A DNA stretch of 64,000 bases from an uncultured bacterium (GCA_964607485.1 CAZSKP010000010.1:1-64000); one strand, 5' to 3'. Shown: positions 51,278 to 61,884, counted from the stretch's first letter. The notes: generated by a model not told the origin, from the sequence alone. Made by a program: numbers and translations.

Positions 51278-51589
51278 GTGGCATCGTGGCAGAGCGCCAA
51301 AGGCGAGGATGTTCGGATGAACCCTGCGCGCAACCTTTCCCTGCTGCTCATCGTGGCCGTCGCAGGCGCAGCGGCGCAGCTTGTCTGGGTGTTGCATGAG
51401 CCACAGCGATGGTTGTTGGTGCCCAACGCATGGATGGAAACGATGGCCGTACAGCGATTGCTCCACGTTGTGGCGGGCATGAGGCCGATCCTTTGGGCGA
51501 CCGTCTGGGCGCTACTGGGTATGGAGCATGAGTCCTTCATCGGCCGTAACCGAGCATGTCGAAAAACTCAGGAGCCTCGGCTACATTAA
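51278..51589 (+). CDS. hypothetical small membrane protein
   Basis: AAGGAGG 7 nt before GTG and hydrophobic segments; no homology recognised. Confidence 0.45.
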   Translation: MASWQSAKGEDVRMNPARNLSLLLIVAVAGAAAQLVWVLHEPQRWLLVPNAWMETMAVQRLLHVVAGMRPILWATVWALLGMEHESFIGRNRACRKTQEPRLH

Positions 51590-51610
51590 CTAGCCAAAAG
51601 GATCGGCTCG

Positions 51611-52168
51611 ATGTACGTAACCGAAGACGTATTGAGAGAACTCGAGGCCAAGTACGGCACGCCCGAGGTCGCGGATTTTCGGCAACCGATGGCAAGGTCG
51701 GAATTCGAGTTGCTCATAAACAGCATGAAGCATGACCGAGCCCACGACGTCACGCTGTTCATATTCAAAGGGCCGCATCTGGTGACGATTCGCAAGCAGA
51801 TGCATCCCGAAGGAGTGTACAGGGCGCCCAGCGGCGGGCTTCGGCCGGGCGAGGACTTCGAGAAGGGCGCCCTTCGTGAAGCCTATGAGGAGACGGGTGC
51901 GCTGGTCGAGCTTGAAAGATACGTCCTGCGCGCTCGTGCCATCTTCACATACGATAATCGGGAAGTTCCGTGGACATCCCACGTTTTCTCCGCAAGGTAC
52001 GTCTCGGGCGAGCTCAGGCCGATCGACACGAAGGAAATCGCCGAGGTGAGGCAGATGACAATCGAGGAACTGCAGGGCAAGATAAGGAGCAGGCTGTTGG
52101 CGTCGGGCTCGGGAGGCCTCGCCTACAGGGCCGCATTGACCGACAGAGTCATCGAGCTGCTCGGGTAG
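51611..52168 (+). CDS. NUDIX hydrolase
   Basis: Nudix box GGLRPGEDFEKGALREAYEETG. Confidence 0.92.
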   Translation: MYVTEDVLRELEAKYGTPEVADFRQPMARSEFELLINSMKHDRAHDVTLFIFKGPHLVTIRKQMHPEGVYRAPSGGLRPGEDFEKGALREAYEETGALVELERYVLRARAIFTYDNREVPWTSHVFSARYVSGELRPIDTKEIAEVRQMTIEELQGKIRSRLLASGSGGLAYRAALTDRVIELLG

Positions 52169-52291
52169 CTCTTCCCGATTCTCCGCCAATGTGTTGCTGG
52201 CGGACGTTAATAGTCGGTTGCATAATAAGAACTGACAAGCCTCGCAAGGTTTCGGCGGCTTCCCATTTCTGCACCACATCGAAGACGAAGT

Positions 52292-52765
52292 ATGGACTTT
52301 GCCGATAAGATCTCCAAGCAGGTTCTCACCACCAGGATGGAGGCGCTCATCAAGTGGTCGCGCAAGCATTCGCTGTGGCCGATGCCCTTCGGCACGGCCT
52401 GCTGCGCGATCGAGCTGATGGCGGTGCTCGCATCGAGGTATGATCTCGCGCGTTTCGGAGCCGAGGCCATTCGCTTCTCGCCGCGACAATCCGACCTCAT
52501 GATCGTCGCCGGGAGGGTGTGCAACAAGATGATGCCCGTCCTCCAGCGGATTTATCTGCAGATGCCCGAGCCCAAGTGGGTCATCGCGATGGGCGCGTGC
52601 GCGAGCAGCGGAGGGGTATTTGACACATACAGCGTGATCCAGGGGATCGACAACTTCATGCCGGTCGATGTCTATATTCCCGGCTGCCCACCCCGGCCCG
52701 AGGCCATCATCGAATCGGTGCTCCTGATTCAGGAACGCATCGCCGAGGAGAGACAGGAAATCTGA
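52292..52765 (+). CDS. nuoB: NADH-quinone oxidoreductase subunit B
   Basis: [15 protein letters not shown] and PGCPPRPE. Confidence 0.97.
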   Translation: MDFADKISKQVLTTRMEALIKWSRKHSLWPMPFGTACCAIELMAVLASRYDLARFGAEAIRFSPRQSDLMIVAGRVCNKMMPVLQRIYLQMPEPKWVIAMGACASSGGVFDTYSVIQGIDNFMPVDVYIPGCPPRPEAIIESVLLIQERIAEERQEI

Positions 52766-52784
52766 TTCGACGGGAGACACGGAA

Positions 52785-53369
52785 TTGGAAGTCTACCTGA
52801 CGCCGAAGTCGAAAGAGGAAACGGCGCAGCGCCGGGCGCAGACTGCCGGCCGCCTGCGGGCGCGCTTTCCCGACGCCGTGCTGGACCAAACGGAATTTCG
52901 CGGGGAGACGACGCTGGTGGTCCGGAGCGACGAGATTTTCGAGATGGCAAAGCTCCTGCGCGATACTCCTGAGCTTTCGTACCGGCACCTGGCCGACATC
53001 ACGTGCGTGGACTATCTCCACCTCGGTGCCGGGCGCGGACGATTCGCCGTTGTGTACCACTTCTATTCGTTCACGTATGGCGACCGGCTCCGTCTCAAGG
53101 CGTTCCTGCCCGAGAACAACCCGAAGATAGACTCGCTCGTGCCCCTGTGGCAGACGGCCAACTGGCTGGAACGGGAAGTCTATGACATGTTCGGCGTCGT
53201 GTTTCGGAACCATCCCGACCTTCGGCGCATACTCACGCCCGAGGATTCGATACATTTCCCGCTCCGCAAAGACTACCCGCTCACGGGAAGGGGAGAAAGG
53301 GAATCCTTTCCCTACGTGACTCGTGACGGCAGGATCATCGAGAAATCGCGTTCGCCCAGGGCGAGGTAA
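52785..53369 (+). CDS. nuoC: NADH-quinone oxidoreductase subunit C
   Basis: ANWLEREVYDMFG...HPDLRRIL...PLRKDYP. Confidence 0.95.
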   Translation: MEVYLTPKSKEETAQRRAQTAGRLRARFPDAVLDQTEFRGETTLVVRSDEIFEMAKLLRDTPELSYRHLADITCVDYLHLGAGRGRFAVVYHFYSFTYGDRLRLKAFLPENNPKIDSLVPLWQTANWLEREVYDMFGVVFRNHPDLRRILTPEDSIHFPLRKDYPLTGRGERESFPYVTRDGRIIEKSRSPRAR

Positions 53370-53372
53370 TCA

Positions 53373-54587
53373 ATGGCTGAGGCAAGAACCATCGATCTTC
53401 CCGTGGCCGGTTTCCGGGCCATGACGCTCAATTTCGGCCCGCAGCATCCGGCGACTCACGGAACGCTGCGTATCAAGATGGAGCTGGACGGCGAGACCAT
53501 CATCAAGGCGACGCCTTACATAGGCTTTCTCCACAGCGGCTTTGAGAAGCTGGGAGAACACCTCGACTTTAACCAGTACGTGACCGTCGTGGATAGGATG
53601 AACTATATGTCGGCGCTCTGCAACGACGTCGCCTGGCACCTGGCGGTGGAGAAGCTCTTTGGCGTCGAGGTGCCCAAACGCTGTCAATACATCCGCGTCG
53701 TGCTCGCGGAGCTGAGCCGAATCGCCGACCACCTCATCTTCCTCGGCACGCACGCGCTCGACCTGGGCGCGTTCACGGCGTTCCTGTGGGGCTTCCGCGA
53801 GCGCGAGAAGCTGTACGACATCTTCGAGATGATTACGGGCGGCCGCATGACCACCAGCTACACTCGCGCGGGCGGGCTGTGGGCGGACATGCCAAAGGGA
53901 TTCGAGGAGAGAATACTTGTCTTCTGCAAGCAGTTTCCCGAACGGCTGCAGGAAATCGAGAACCTGCTCACCCGCAACCGTATCTGGATGGACCGAACCA
54001 AGGGCGTGGCCGTCATCTCGGGCGAGGACGCCATCAACTATGGTCTGACCGGCCCGTGCCTGCGGGCGTCGGGCGTCGTGTGGGACATCCGCAAGGCCGA
54101 GTCCTACAGCTCGTACGAGGACTTCGATTTCGAGATACCTTATGGAGAAAACGGGGACGTTTACGACCGCTACCTGATGCGTCTGGAGGAGATGAGGCAG
54201 AGCGTGCGGATTGTCGAGCAGGCCATCGAGAAGATGCCCTCGGGCCCGGTGGACGTGGACCAATCGGCAAAGATTCGCCTGCCCTCCAAGCAGAAGGTCT
54301 ATACCGAGATGGAATCGCTCATCCATCATTTCGAGGTCATCATGCCCGGCAAGGGGCCGAAGCTGCCCGAGGGCGAGGTCTATGTTCCGACTGAATCGCC
54401 CAACGGCGAGCTGGGCTACTACATCGTCGGCGACGGCAAGAGCAAGAACGCGTACAGAGCGCGCACCCGTCCTCCCTCGTTCGTCAACTACCAGGCGTTC
54501 TCCAAAATGGTCGAGGGAGGTCTGGTGGCCGACGCCGTCGCGGCCCTGGGGAGTCTGAACATCATCGCGGCGGAGCTCGACAGATGA
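53373..54587 (+). CDS. nuoD: NADH-quinone oxidoreductase subunit D
   Basis: NFGPQHPATHGTLR, GFLHSGFEK and C-terminal ELDR; no NiFe cysteines. Confidence 0.97.
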   Translation: MAEARTIDLPVAGFRAMTLNFGPQHPATHGTLRIKMELDGETIIKATPYIGFLHSGFEKLGEHLDFNQYVTVVDRMNYMSALCNDVAWHLAVEKLFGVEVPKRCQYIRVVLAELSRIADHLIFLGTHALDLGAFTAFLWGFREREKLYDIFEMITGGRMTTSYTRAGGLWADMPKGFEERILVFCKQFPERLQEIENLLTRNRIWMDRTKGVAVISGEDAINYGLTGPCLRASGVVWDIRKAESYSSYEDFDFEIPYGENGDVYDRYLMRLEEMRQSVRIVEQAIEKMPSGPVDVDQSAKIRLPSKQKVYTEMESLIHHFEVIMPGKGPKLPEGEVYVPTESPNGELGYYIVGDGKSKNAYRARTRPPSFVNYQAFSKMVEGGLVADAVAALGSLNIIAAELDR

Positions 54588-54609
54588 TGCCGGAGTAAGG
54601 GGTAGAGTC

Positions 54610-55119
54610 ATGGTCTGGCCTTCCAAGACCGCCGAGCAGGAGCACACAGCCGAAAAGCTGCCGGATGAGCTCGTTTCTCAGATAGACGAGCTTCTGACAC
54701 ACTACCCTGAAAAGCGGGCCGCACTGGTTCCCTCGCTTCGCAAATGCCAGGACCACTTCGGATACGTCTCCGAAGGAACAGCTCTAAGCATAGCAGCTTA
54801 CCTCGAGCTCGCGCCCAGCTATGTCGCGGATACGGTGTCGTTCTATTCCATGCTTCGGACCGCGCCCGTGGGAAAATACCACATTGAGTTGTGCCAGACG
54901 CTGTCCTGCGCGCTGCTGGGGGCCGACTCGCTCGCCGATTACCTCACCGAGAAGCTGGGCATCGGATTCGGCGAAGTCACGCCCGACGGGAAATTCTCGC
55001 TGGGCAAAGTCGAGTGCATCGGCGCGTGCGAACAGGCCCCGGCGATGCTCATGAACAACGAGCTGTATGGAAATCTGAGCAGAGAGCGAATCGACGACAT
55101 CCTTCGGAAACTCGAATAA
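54610..55119 (+). CDS. nuoE: NADH-quinone oxidoreductase subunit E
   Basis: CQTLSC and CIGAC 2Fe-2S ligands. Confidence 0.93.
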   Translation: MVWPSKTAEQEHTAEKLPDELVSQIDELLTHYPEKRAALVPSLRKCQDHFGYVSEGTALSIAAYLELAPSYVADTVSFYSMLRTAPVGKYHIELCQTLSCALLGADSLADYLTEKLGIGFGEVTPDGKFSLGKVECIGACEQAPAMLMNNELYGNLSRERIDDILRKLE

Positions 55120-55181
55120 GGTTCGATTCGGAATTTCTGAAACAACGTAACGAAAAGGTCTGATACAAAGGAGCACGAACA

Positions 55182-56948
55182 ATGAAACTGACTGTTGCCA
55201 GAGCCATTGCAGGTTTCCTTGAAAAAGCGGGGGTCGAGATTGCCCCGGGATACAACGGCCACGGAAACTGGGCCTTGCTCGATGCCATAGAGCATGAGAC
55301 CAACATTCGAGGGATAAAGACGACCGTCGAGGATGCCGCCGTTCATATGGCCGACTGCTACTGGCGCATGCGTCGTCGGCCGCCCTTGCCCGTCGTGCTC
55401 ACTACCGTCGGCCCGGGCAACATGAACATCTGCGCGGCGCTTGCCAACGCGTTCTACGAGTCGTCCGCCATGCTTGTGATTGCGGGCGCCGGACCGACCC
55501 AGTGGTTCGACAAGGGGTCTTTCGAGGAATGCTACCGTTACGGGCCGGAAGAGTTCACGCAGGTCGTGAAACCGATATGTAAGAAGGCGGCGCTTGTCAC
55601 GCGGCCCGATACCGCCCTCGAAACAGTCGTGCGCGCATACAAGGAGGCTCTCTCGGGAAGACCGGGGCCGACGCTGGTGCAGATTCCCTTCGATATACAG
55701 CACACCGAGATAGAACTCGAGTCGATTCCGGATGCGCGGTCGTGGACGCATATCTCTCCGCCCGGCCCGGACCCGGCCGCATTGGAAGAGGCTGCCCGGC
55801 TTCTCAAGCAGTCCGCGCGACCGTTGATTCTCGTCGGGAGTGGAGTCCACAACGCGCTCGGGCACGACCAGTTGCGCGCGTTCGCCGAGGAATTCCGTAT
55901 CCCGGTGGGGACATCGTTTTCCGGCAAGGGAGCGCTCGACGAGGAGCACCCGCTCAGCGTGGGCGTGATAGACCCCTCCGGCACGGGACACGGTTACCAG
56001 GCCGCCCGTGAATGCGACCTTCTGATTGCCGTGGGCGCCAGGTTTCACGATTTCAACACTCTCGCATGGAACATGTATCGCATCCCGGAACCGACAAAGC
56101 TCGTTCACATCGATGTGGACCCGGCGGAACTCTCCCGCAACTATCCGTCGGAGGTGGCGATGGTCGCCGACGCGAAACTCGCCCTGGAGGGGCTTGCCGA
56201 CGCCGCGCGCGAGCAAAAGATCTCGTCGGAAAAACACAAGCCCTGGCTTGAGGAACTGGCGCGGTGGAAGAAGAGTTGGCTCGCTGAAATCCGCGAAAGA
56301 ATAGACGCCGGCGCCGCTCCCTTATCGAACGCGAGGCTCCTTGCAGAGGCATCCGACGTAATCGCCGAGACGGACGCCGAAACGTCGGTGCTGTTCGATA
56401 CCGGCAACCTGCTGTTGTTTGCGCCCGCGTTCTTCACGGCGCGCTCGCGGTTTCTGGCTACAAACAACGCGCACTTCGCGCGGATGGGATGGAGCTGCGC
56501 GGGCGTGCTCGGGGCAAAGCTCGGCAACCCGAGCCACCCGGCCGTCGCATTTGTGGGAGACGGGTCGTTCATGATGAGCGGCCTGTCAATTGCGACCGCG
56601 CACGAGTGTGGCATTCCCGCCGTATGGGTGGTCCTGAATAATCGCACGATAGGCATCGAACGCGAGGCGATGGAAGCGATATACGGCAGGGCGTCGTTCT
56701 GCGACTCGCGCATAGTCGAAACCGGCGAAGCGTGGAGTCCCGACTATGTCAAGCTGGCCGAGTCGATCGGCATTTCAGGCGAAAGAGTTTCCCGACCCGA
56801 TGCCCTGAAGCCCGCGCTCAAGAGCGCGTTGGAGAGAAATGAGCCTGTCGTGCTCGACGTACAGGTTAACCCAGCGGACGAGGGCTACCGGCTTGCGATA
56901 CTGCCGATTCCGATGAGGTGGGAACAAGGTCCCGTGGTGCAGCCGTAA
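55182..56948 (+). CDS. thiamine pyrophosphate-dependent enzyme (ALS/IolD-like superfamily)
   Basis: GHGN, E..AVHMAD, TTVGPG, RPGP and the GDGSFMM...NN TPP motif. Confidence 0.9.
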   Translation: MKLTVARAIAGFLEKAGVEIAPGYNGHGNWALLDAIEHETNIRGIKTTVEDAAVHMADCYWRMRRRPPLPVVLTTVGPGNMNICAALANAFYESSAMLVIAGAGPTQWFDKGSFEECYRYGPEEFTQVVKPICKKAALVTRPDTALETVVRAYKEALSGRPGPTLVQIPFDIQHTEIELESIPDARSWTHISPPGPDPAALEEAARLLKQSARPLILVGSGVHNALGHDQLRAFAEEFRIPVGTSFSGKGALDEEHPLSVGVIDPSGTGHGYQAARECDLLIAVGARFHDFNTLAWNMYRIPEPTKLVHIDVDPAELSRNYPSEVAMVADAKLALEGLADAAREQKISSEKHKPWLEELARWKKSWLAEIRERIDAGAAPLSNARLLAEASDVIAETDAETSVLFDTGNLLLFAPAFFTARSRFLATNNAHFARMGWSCAGVLGAKLGNPSHPAVAFVGDGSFMMSGLSIATAHECGIPAVWVVLNNRTIGIEREAMEAIYGRASFCDSRIVETGEAWSPDYVKLAESIGISGERVSRPDALKPALKSALERNEPVVLDVQVNPADEGYRLAILPIPMRWEQGPVVQP

Positions 56949-57006
56949 GTCATGGGTTTGCGCGGCTGAATTCGCGGGGGGCATCCAAGGAAAGACAGCG
57001 GGAAAA

Positions 57007-57372
57007 ATGTTGAGAGATTACATTCCCATACTCGTGATGTTCATATTCGTTTTCGGCTTCGCCGCCTTCAGCCTGGTCATCACGCACGTCGTCGGGCGGC
57101 GCAGGAGGGGCCGGGTGAAGCTGGAGCCGTACGAGTCGGGCATGCCGCCCTTTGGCGAGCCCTATCACCGCACGACGGTGAAGTACTACCTGTTCGCGAT
57201 GTTCTTCATCATCTTCGACGTCGAGGTGGTGTTTCTGTATCCGTGGGCGGTCATCTTCAAAAAATTCGTGGAACAGCGCCCTGTCATACTAGTCGAGATG
57301 TTCGTATTCCTGATCGTGCTCATTGTCGGCCTGATCTACATATGGCGCAAGGGCGCGCTGGAATGGGAGTAG
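57007..57372 (+). CDS. nuoA: NADH-quinone oxidoreductase subunit A
   Basis: PYESG, FIIFDVEVVFLYPWA and KGALEWE. Confidence 0.96.
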   Translation: MLRDYIPILVMFIFVFGFAAFSLVITHVVGRRRRGRVKLEPYESGMPPFGEPYHRTTVKYYLFAMFFIIFDVEVVFLYPWAVIFKKFVEQRPVILVEMFVFLIVLIVGLIYIWRKGALEWE

Positions 57373-57376
57373 ACGC

Positions 57377-58651
57377 GTGGAGCAGGTGTTGCTCAGAAAC
57401 CGGGGTCTCGAGAACTCGACGGACATCGACGTGTATCGGGAGAGGGGCGGCTACGAGGCGCTCACCAAGGCGCTCAAGGAGATGTCGCCCGACGAGGTGC
57501 ACAAGGAAGTCATGAACGCCGTCCTGCGCGGCCGGGGCGGAGCCGGGTTTCCCGCAGGGCTGAAGTGGAAATTCCTCGACAAGGACCCGAAGAGGACGCG
57601 CTACCTCTGCTGCAACGCCGACGAGAGCGAGCCGGGAACTTTCAAGGACCGCGTGCTCATGGAGCACGACCCGCACCAGCTCATCGAAGGAATGCTCATA
57701 GCATGTTATGCCATCGACGCTCACAGCGCATACATATTTCTGCGGGGCGAGTATGCGAACTCCCGCAGGATTCTCGACAAGGCCATCGCCCAGGCGCGCG
57801 AGCGCGGGTATATCGGGAAAGACGTGTTGGGCTCCGGCTTCGACATCGATATCCATATCCACGAGGGCGCGGGCGCCTACATCTGCGGCGAGGAACTGGC
57901 CATGCTCGAGTCGCTCGGCGGCGCGCGCGGCTGGCCCCGGCTGAAGCCTCCGTACGCCGCGACGCGGGGCGTCTTCTACGAGCCCACCGTTGTCAACAAC
58001 GTCGAAACGCTCGCGTGCGTACCCCACATCGTGCTCCGAGGCGCCGACTGGTTCAAGAGCATCGGAAACGAGAACAACTACGGGCCGAAGCTCTACTGCC
58101 TCAGCGGCCACGTTAACAAACCCGGCCTGTACGAACACCCGATGGGAATCACGCTCAAAGAGCTGATATATGAAGCGGGCGGCGGCATCCCCAACGGCCG
58201 AAAGCTCAAGGCGGTGTTGCCGGGAGGGTCGTCGTCGGTTGTGCTGACGGCCGACGAGGTTGACGCGCCGATGGACTTCGACGCCATGTCCAAAGCGGGC
58301 AGCATGCTCGGCTCGGCTGGCATCATCGTCATGGACGATTCGACCTGCATGGTGAACGCCTGCTGGAACGTCGCCCGGTTCTACGCGCACGAATCGTGCG
58401 GCCAGTGCACTCCCTGCCGCGAGGGCACAAACTGGGCGGCGCGCATCCTGGGCCGCATCGAGCGGGGCGGGGGCAAGCCGGACGACATCGATATGATTAT
58501 CAAGATATGCGACAACATGCTCGGCCAGACTATCTGCGCGCTGGCCGACGGGGCCGTCTTTCCGATAAAGAGCATCGTGCAGAAATTCCGTGACGAGTTT
58601 GAACGGCACATCCGCGACGGTGCATGTCCGTTCGAGTCGGAAAAGCGATGA
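57377..58651 (+). CDS. nuoF: NADH-quinone oxidoreductase subunit F
   Basis: GRGGAGFP, NADESEPGTFKDR and ESCGQCTPCREG. Confidence 0.97.
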   Translation: MEQVLLRNRGLENSTDIDVYRERGGYEALTKALKEMSPDEVHKEVMNAVLRGRGGAGFPAGLKWKFLDKDPKRTRYLCCNADESEPGTFKDRVLMEHDPHQLIEGMLIACYAIDAHSAYIFLRGEYANSRRILDKAIAQARERGYIGKDVLGSGFDIDIHIHEGAGAYICGEELAMLESLGGARGWPRLKPPYAATRGVFYEPTVVNNVETLACVPHIVLRGADWFKSIGNENNYGPKLYCLSGHVNKPGLYEHPMGITLKELIYEAGGGIPNGRKLKAVLPGGSSSVVLTADEVDAPMDFDAMSKAGSMLGSAGIIVMDDSTCMVNACWNVARFYAHESCGQCTPCREGTNWAARILGRIERGGGKPDDIDMIIKICDNMLGQTICALADGAVFPIKSIVQKFRDEFERHIRDGACPFESEKR

Positions 58652-58685
58652 CGAAGCTTCGCCACATGTTCAGAGGGAACACGCA

Positions 58686-60299
58686 ATGCCGCTGATTCGA
58701 ATAAATCGGCGCGAAATTGAGGTTGACGAAGGCACGACCATCATGCAGGCGGCGGATAAGCTTGGCATCTACATCCCGCGTTATTGCTATCATCCCGGCC
58801 TCAGTATCGCCGGATGCTGCCGCATCTGCGGCGTCGAGGTCGAGGAATCTCCCAAGCTGCTCATGGCATGCGCCACGTACGTGAAAGACGGGATGGTCGT
58901 CCGCACCGACACCGAGCGGGTCAGGGCGGCGCAGCGCGCGGTCGAGGAATTTCTGCTGTTGAATCATCCGCTCGACTGCCCCGTGTGCGACCAGGCCGGC
59001 GAGTGTGTGCTTCAGGATTACAGCTACGAGTACGGCTTCGCCGAGAGCCGGTTCCGGGAACAGAAAATCAAACAGCGGAAGAAAGACGTGGGAAGAGACT
59101 TGCTCCTGTACGCCGACCGCTGCATCATGTGCACTCGGTGCGTGCGGTTCGCGCGCGAGGTATCGGGCTACGACCAGATCGGCATATTCAGCCGCGGCGC
59201 GCATACCGAGATAGACGTCTTCCCCGGACTCCGGATTGACGACCTGCTGTCGGGCAACATTGCCGACATCTGTCCGGTGGGCGCTTTCCTCATCAAGGAC
59301 TTCCTATTCAAGCGCCGCGTGTGGGAGTTGACGAACACGAAAAGCATCTGCCCAGCCTGCTCCGTCGGCTGCAACATTCTGCTCGACCACGCCGACGGGC
59401 GCATTCAAAGGCTGCGCCCGAGGCCCAATCCAAAGGTGAACGGCCACTGGATGTGCGACATCGGGCGGTTGGACTACAAGCTCGTCGGACACGCCGACCG
59501 CCTCAAGAGGCCCATGATCCGCGAGGAGGAGATGTTCGAGGAAGTCTCGTGGGACGAGGCGATGGCGCATGCGTCGGCGCGGCTGAAGGGGCTTCTTTCG
59601 CGCCGAGGCGCTGGCTCGCTCGCCCTCGTCGTCTCTTCCGACGCGACCAACGAGGAAGCCTTCGCCCTTGCCAGGCTGGCCACGAAGTTGGGCGCGGCGC
59701 AAGACCTGCGGCTGCTGTCAGGCAGACGAGCAGAGAGGGTGGAGTTCGCCGGCGGATTCGTCATCGAGAGCGACAGGTCTCCGAACGAGCACGGCGTTCT
59801 CGACGTTTTGAAACAATTCATGCCGCCGGGCTCGCTTGACATCGTGACCGACCTGCGCTCGCTCGAAGGCAAGCCCGGCCTGTATGTCCTCTGCGGCCCG
59901 CATTCGACCGAAAACTCCGTCGAGACGTTGGCAAGACTCGCCGTCGACGCGGAATTTTCGCTCGTTCAGGCGACGCTGCCCTCGGCGTTGACCGAGGCGG
60001 CAGCGGTGGTTCTTCCCGGCGCCGCGTACGCGGAGAAGGACGGCACCTTCACGAATTTTCGCGGCATCGTTCAGCGCATGTGCCCGGCGTTCGGCCCGCC
60101 CGGCGAGGCAGGGCACGACCTGAACATCATCCTGGAGCTCGCCGAGGCAATGGGCGAGGCGCTCGGATGTAAGACGGTCGCCGAAGCCTCGGCCGAGGTC
60201 GCTCGGCTGCTTCCGGGCTACGCTCCGATTGAACAAATCGGCGATACCGGCTGGGCGATTCCTTCTGAAGCCGCCGCCGGGAAGGAGAGACATTCTTGA
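58686..60299 (+). CDS. nuoG: NADH-quinone oxidoreductase subunit G (short form)
   Basis: CYHPGL..AGCCRIC, HPLDCPVCDQAGEC, CIMCTRCVRF and CPACSVGC. Confidence 0.93.
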   Translation: MPLIRINRREIEVDEGTTIMQAADKLGIYIPRYCYHPGLSIAGCCRICGVEVEESPKLLMACATYVKDGMVVRTDTERVRAAQRAVEEFLLLNHPLDCPVCDQAGECVLQDYSYEYGFAESRFREQKIKQRKKDVGRDLLLYADRCIMCTRCVRFAREVSGYDQIGIFSRGAHTEIDVFPGLRIDDLLSGNIADICPVGAFLIKDFLFKRRVWELTNTKSICPACSVGCNILLDHADGRIQRLRPRPNPKVNGHWMCDIGRLDYKLVGHADRLKRPMIREEEMFEEVSWDEAMAHASARLKGLLSRRGAGSLALVVSSDATNEEAFALARLATKLGAAQDLRLLSGRRAERVEFAGGFVIESDRSPNEHGVLDVLKQFMPPGSLDIVTDLRSLEGKPGLYVLCGPHSTENSVETLARLAVDAEFSLVQATLPSALTEAAAVVLPGAAYAEKDGTFTNFRGIVQRMCPAFGPPGEAGHDLNIILELAEAMGEALGCKTVAEASAEVARLLPGYAPIEQIGDTGWAIPSEAAAGKERHS

Positions 60300-61339
60300 C
60301 GGAGATACTGATAATCGTCGCCGTCGCACTTGCGAAGGTCGTGATAATTTTCGGAGCGCTGCAGGTAATCATCATGTACCTGGTTCTTGCCGAGAGACGT
60401 GTGAGCGCATTTATCCAGGACCGGCTGGGTCCGAACCGCGTGGGCTGGCAAGGGATGCTTCAACCCGTGGCAGATGGGCTCAAGTTTCTGTTCAAGGAGG
60501 ATATTATTCCATCGCATGCCGACAAGGTTATCTACATCATCGCGCCGGCCATGATCGTCATTCCGGCCTTCATGACGTTTGCCGTCATCCCGTTCGGAGA
60601 CACTATCACCATCGCGGGCCGGCAGGTCCACCTTCAGATAGCGAGCGTGAACATCGGGCTCCTATATGTGTTCGCGATGGCTTCAATCAGCGTGTACGGA
60701 ATCATCTTCGGCTCATGGGCCTCGGCGAACAAATACTCGATGATGGGAGGCCTGCGCTCGTGCGCCCAGATGATCAGCTATGAGATTCCCCTCGGCCTGT
60801 CGGTGATGGGCGTGCTGATGCTGACGGGAACGCTCCAGCTCGAAAAAGTTGTCGAGGCCCAGACAGCGTACATATGGGGTGTGATTCCGCGCTGGAACAT
60901 CCTGGTTCAACCGCTCGCCTTTCTGCTGTTCCTCGTCTCTGCCATGGCCGAGAACAACCGGCTGCCGTTCGACCTGCCCGAAGCCGAGCAGGAGTTGGTC
61001 GGAGGCTACCATACGGAGTACAGCAGCATCAAGTTTGCGATGTTCTTCATGGCCGAATACGCCGCGATGGTCACGAGCTCGGCGCTCGTGGTCGTCCTGT
61101 TCCTGGGAGGATGGCACGTGCCCGGCCTGGGGGCGCTCGGCTTGCCTATGCTGCTCGTGCAGCTGATACAGGTGAGCGCGTTTGTGCTGAAGGTGGCCGC
61201 GTTCCTCTTCTTTTACATTTGGGCCCGTTGGACGTTTCCGCGCTTTCGGTACGACCAGCTCATGCGACTCTGCTGGAAGGTGCTTTTGCCGCTCGCGCTG
61301 GCAAATATTTTTGCGACCGGCATCGTCATGGCAATGTGA
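60296..61339 (+). CDS. nuoH: NADH-quinone oxidoreductase subunit H
   Basis: ERRVSAFIQDRLGPNRVG, NRLPFDLPEAE and PRFRYDQ. Confidence 0.97.
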   Translation: MTEILIIVAVALAKVVIIFGALQVIIMYLVLAERRVSAFIQDRLGPNRVGWQGMLQPVADGLKFLFKEDIIPSHADKVIYIIAPAMIVIPAFMTFAVIPFGDTITIAGRQVHLQIASVNIGLLYVFAMASISVYGIIFGSWASANKYSMMGGLRSCAQMISYEIPLGLSVMGVLMLTGTLQLEKVVEAQTAYIWGVIPRWNILVQPLAFLLFLVSAMAENNRLPFDLPEAEQELVGGYHTEYSSIKFAMFFMAEYAAMVTSSALVVVLFLGGWHVPGLGALGLPMLLVQLIQVSAFVLKVAAFLFFYIWARWTFPRFRYDQLMRLCWKVLLPLALANIFATGIVMAM

Positions 61340-61356
61340 AACACGAGAGCTTGATT

Positions 61357-61884
61357 ATGGACGAGAAACCTACTCAAGGCGGAAAGACGGAGGGATACAG
61401 GAAAGAAGCACACGAGATGAATTTCATCGACCGCCTGTATTTCCCCGCTTTGCTCAAGGGGCTGGTCGACACCTTCCGGCACCTGTTCGAGAAGAAGTTC
61501 ACGATCGAGTATCCGGAAAAGAAGCTGCAGGTAGCTCCCCGTTACCGAGGTCTGCACCGGCTGAACAAAGACGAGCTCGGGCGAGTCAAATGCGTGGCCT
61601 GCTTCCTGTGCTCCACTCTATGCCCGGCGCGGTGCATCTACATCGTGGGCGCAGAGGCGCCGTGGCCCGACCGGGAGAAGCATCCGGTTCGCTTCGACAT
61701 CGACGAGCTGCGGTGCATCTACTGCGGCATGTGCGAGGAAGCCTGCCCCGAGGAGGCGATCGAGCTGACCGAGATATACGACATGGTCGGCACGTCGCGC
61801 AGGGGACTGATATACAACAAAGAAATGCTGCTCGAAGTGTATGAGAAGACCAAGCACAAGGGAGGCATGAAGAAATGGGCCTAG
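61357..61884 (+). CDS. nuoI: NADH-quinone oxidoreductase subunit I
   Basis: TIEYPE, CVACFLCSTLCP and CIYCGMCEEACP. Confidence 0.95.
   Translation: MDEKPTQGGKTEGYRKEAHEMNFIDRLYFPALLKGLVDTFRHLFEKKFTIEYPEKKLQVAPRYRGLHRLNKDELGRVKCVACFLCSTLCPARCIYIVGAEAPWPDREKHPVRFDIDELRCIYCGMCEEACPEEAIELTEIYDMVGTSRRGLIYNKEMLLEVYEKTKHKGGMKKWA

Noticed and set aside
57880-57930. NuoF GEELAMLESLGG variant as a sign of NADPH specificity
   Set aside because: The GEE glutamates are retained, so a cofactor switch is not supported.
58686-60299. Short NuoG as a pseudogene
   Set aside because: All Fe-S motifs are intact, the ORF couples to nuoH, and short forms are known.
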